A stretch of 64,000 nt of DNA. Origin: Eledone cirrhosa. Its lineage: Eukaryota. Below, in pieces: positions 61,421 through 64,000 of this stretch. The notes below the pieces were generated by a model, which did no database searches, was not told the origin of the DNA, and worked only from the letters and a program-made list of their open reading frames with translations. Position numbers and translations under genes: made by a program. How positions within the stretch are numbered: the stretch's first letter is position 1; every line of letters begins with the position of its first letter. The DNA is taken from assembly GCA_964016885.1 (NCBI GenBank), contig OZ024754.1, forward strand, positions 33,480,001 to 33,544,000. The letters run 5' to 3'.

Positions 61421-61935
61421 GTAATAGCCGTGCGTAATAGCCATGGCGAAAGAGGTTGTATGGTGGACGCGTCTGAAAGGACTGAGGTCAGGCACCTTTC
61501 TCTCTGGCCAACAACTGGTCCGTTTCTTCCGATATCATTTCGGAAGAAGGATCAGGATGGAGAGAGAGGTGCTGCACCCCAGCCGTTTCTATGAAAGATG
61601 GGTGAAAGTGGCGAGAATGGCCCGTGTGAATGGGCCTTCACTCTACATCAGACTATAGGTGAGAAAAGATTAAGGGAGATGAAAGATTAAGGGAGCACCC
61701 CCCTCTCTGTGCTCCTGAGGAGAAGGGTTGCACACTTTTTTTCGGGGGGGTGTGCGACCCCCCAATGCGCCTCCTCCCTATTGAGGATTTTGTTATAAAA
61801 TTTATTTTGTTATATTTTATTTTATTTTTATATTTTGTTATTGCCTCCTCCTTATTGAGGACGCCTTTTCATGTAAACTCCCCCCATTGTACTTGTCCCA
61901 CTTTTTGATGCCCTGGTGGCAAATAAAAAGAAAAT
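61421..61935 (+). mobile_element. 5'-truncated Tx1/L1-like LINE 3' end (copy C, near-identical to A)
   Basis: ORF 61443-61658 and the 3' UTR match copy A; flanked by (ATCT)n. Confidence 0.8.
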
Positions 61936-61958
61936 TATCTATCTATCTACCTATCTAC

Positions 61959-61987
<29 letters not shown>

Positions 61988-61989
<2 letters not shown>

Positions 61990-64000
61990 GATAGAGTAAG
62001 ACACGCTTCGCATCGGCTCCGCTATTCCATCGGGATTTACCCTTACTATTGTAAGTACCGGATAAATTTTTTAGTGCAACACATTTGGAACACTAACCCC
62101 TGTTATTTAGGGAAACATTTTTGCATTTACCCCCTTTTTAGGGGGTAAAATAAATATCTATTTTTGCCGAAAAATTTCTTTCTTGGCAGCATGGCGGAAA
62201 AGATGGCAGACATGTCTGCCATTAGCTCTGCCACGCCCCCCAAGTCTGAAGAACAAAAAATAATTACAACAAAATTAGACATTGAAACAAACAAACAAAA
62301 TGAAAAAACAAATGTTAAGGAAAATGAGCAAACAGAAAACAAACAAACAGAAAATAATACAAATAACGACAGGGCAACTTTCGCCCAGAAAACAAAGCAA
62401 TCCATTACATACACACCAATTGACCTAACCGCCGCCAGAGAAAAACTGGCCGAAGCAAAGAAACATATTGTTTTGGGGGAGAACGGAATGTTTTCCATTA
62501 ACTCCCCCCCAGAATTCAAGAAAGCCAGAGCAGAAGACACAGTTATATACAGAACTATACTGAACCAGACAAGAAAGCCAGCACAGCCCAGCCAAATGGA
62601 AATAGAGTTAGTCCTAAAAGACTATATGAAGAATATTCTCTTCATACGAAAGGACCGACTCTATGGCAGCATTTCGGTCCTAACAAGAGACAAAGAAACG
62701 GCGGAGAAGCTTTCCCTAAGCCCACTCTCGTCGACAACATATAGCTTCTATCCCTCCTACATGGGTAGAAGAACACAGAGAGTAAAAGTAAAAACAATGC
62801 TGCCCACAATGGACTTCTGGTGGGCTATTGCTGGCTTCATTGATATGGGCGAAGACACTATGCTGTCAATGGGGAAGGCAACTGGAGATGCGTTCCTGGG
62901 AATGGGCCTCGACATACTAGTCCAAATGAGGCCCGAAAGAATAGCACAAATCCCGGATCGCATCTGGCTGGATGACCTTACCCCAATAGACATAATTGTA
63001 GAGGGGAGAAGACCAGCATGCTATTTATGCATGGAAAGGGGACACGTTAAGGCTAACTGCCCGAAACGTATCCCCCAAAAAGGACTATTGCCCACACCCA
63101 CCACAAACAGTACACCAGCACCACCCACCTCCAAAAATACACTAATACCACACACAGCAAACAAAATACAGACACCACCAACCACAAACACAACACAAAC
63201 ATCACCACCACCAGCACCAAACACAAGCACGACACAAAAATCACCACCACCAACCACAACACAAACATCACCACCACCATCACCAACCACAAGCACGACA
63301 CAAACATTACCACCACCACCACCACAAAACCCATTCCAAACAAATAATAAAAAAAACAGTAACAAATCTACCCCTCCCGCAAAAAAAAAACAACCACACA
63401 ACACGTCCCTCCCACCTAGCGCTGAAGAGTTTCCCCCAACTTCTGAAGAAGAAGGAGGAGAAGCCTTCAGACAAGTTAAAAGAATAAAAAGAAAACACAC
63501 ACCCAGCACACCACAAATAACCCACACACAAACACCAACTCCAATCAAAAACACCCCACCCTCAACAAACAAAAATAAATCTGCGCCTCCCCTCTCCGAA
63601 ACATTGACAGCATCACAAAAAAAGACGTTGCAATACACATATATAAATAAAGAAAACAAAAAACTGGTTAAATTAATAAACAATAACCCTATGGTGCAGA
63701 CCGAAGGGCCAAACTTTATCTCAACAGAGAACTTCACCCATTTAAAAATGATAAAGGTCCCTCTGGACCTTTATCGTTCCTTAAAAGAACAATTTAGACG
63801 GGACGTGAGCCCCCCCTGTTTAAAACCGTTGAATCGCGTCCTCTTGAAAGATTTCCCCATAACCGCCCCTCTCCCTGACACAACTCCAAATACCCCAACC
63901 CCACCACACACGTGTACCCCCACACCACCACAAAACATCCCTCCACCCAACACACCTGATGCCATGGAAATTACGCAACCCGGAGAGGTAAGTGCTTTTC
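61988..64000 (+). mobile_element. 5' part of a full-length Tx1/L1-like non-LTR retrotransposon
   Basis: Starts right after (ATCT)n, with a ~200-bp 5' UTR and then a long open ORF1 with a CCHC knuckle. Confidence 0.75.
62191..63999 (+). CDS. LINE ORF1 (Gag-like, zinc knuckle), more than 600 aa, runs off the window
   Basis: I read the frame open from ATG 62191 (MAEKMADMSAISS...) to the window end. It contains EGRRPACYLCMERGHVKANCP (CX2CX4HX4C, 63019-63060) followed by a P/T-rich region. It is absent from the ORF track because it has no stop in the window. Confidence 0.85.
   Translation, partial: MAEKMADMSAISSATPPKSEEQKIITTKLDIETNKQNEKTNVKENEQTENKQTENNTNNDRATFAQKTKQSITYTPIDLTAAREKLAEAKKHIVLGENGMFSINSPPEFKKARAEDTVIYRTILNQTRKPAQPSQMEIELVLKDYMKNILFIRKDRLYGSISVLTRDKETAEKLSLSPLSSTTYSFYPSYMGRRTQRVKVKTMLPTMDFWWAIAGFIDMGEDTMLSMGKATGDAFLGMGLDILVQMRPERIAQIPDRIWLDDLTPIDIIVEGRRPACYLCMERGHVKANCPKRIPQKGLLPTPTTNSTPAPPTSKNTLIPHTANKIQTPPTTNTTQTSPPPAPNTSTTQKSPPPTTTQTSPPPSPTTSTTQTLPPPPPQNPFQTNNKKNSNKSTPPAKKKQPHNTSLPPSAEEFPPTSEEEGGEAFRQVKRIKRKHTPSTPQITHTQTPTPIKNTPPSTNKNKSAPPLSETLTASQKKTLQYTYINKENKKLVKLINNNPMVQTEGPNFISTENFTHLKMIKVPLDLYRSLKEQFRRDVSPPCLKPLNRVLLKDFPITAPLPDTTPNTPTPPHTCTPTPPQNIPPPNTPDAMEITQPGEVSAF

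Noticed and set aside
63021-63737. 238-aa minus-strand ORF
   Set aside because: It is the antisense shadow of the A/C-rich LINE ORF1.

Overview
Repeat-dense, AT-rich eukaryotic genomic DNA, most likely an octopod cephalopod (inferred from the tRNA-derived SINE families and the abundance of microsatellites). It is not prokaryotic, there is no CRISPR array, and most ORFs in the track are translations of tandem repeats. One spliced host gene can be assembled on the minus strand (about 421-25620): an FSIP1-like gene with 10 coding exons, about 626 aa, and an RFX X-box at its promoter. Just upstream lies a 7.5-kb Merlin/IS1595-type DNA transposon (26542-34042) with a perfect 9-bp TSD, about 90-bp TIRs and an uninterrupted DDE transposase. 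It also carries an internal 146-bp palindrome, a promoter-plus-donor cassette and nested retroelements. Penelope-like fragments carry type I hammerhead ribozymes (one near-canonical, two degenerate), and their fold-back junctions appear to pivot on the ribozyme. The right end holds a stack of Tx1/L1-like LINEs inserted head-to-tail in an (ATCT)n tract, including an open ORF1 that runs off the window. The interval 37.9-54.2 kb is a mosaic of minisatellites with higher-order structure around a small exon-like island.
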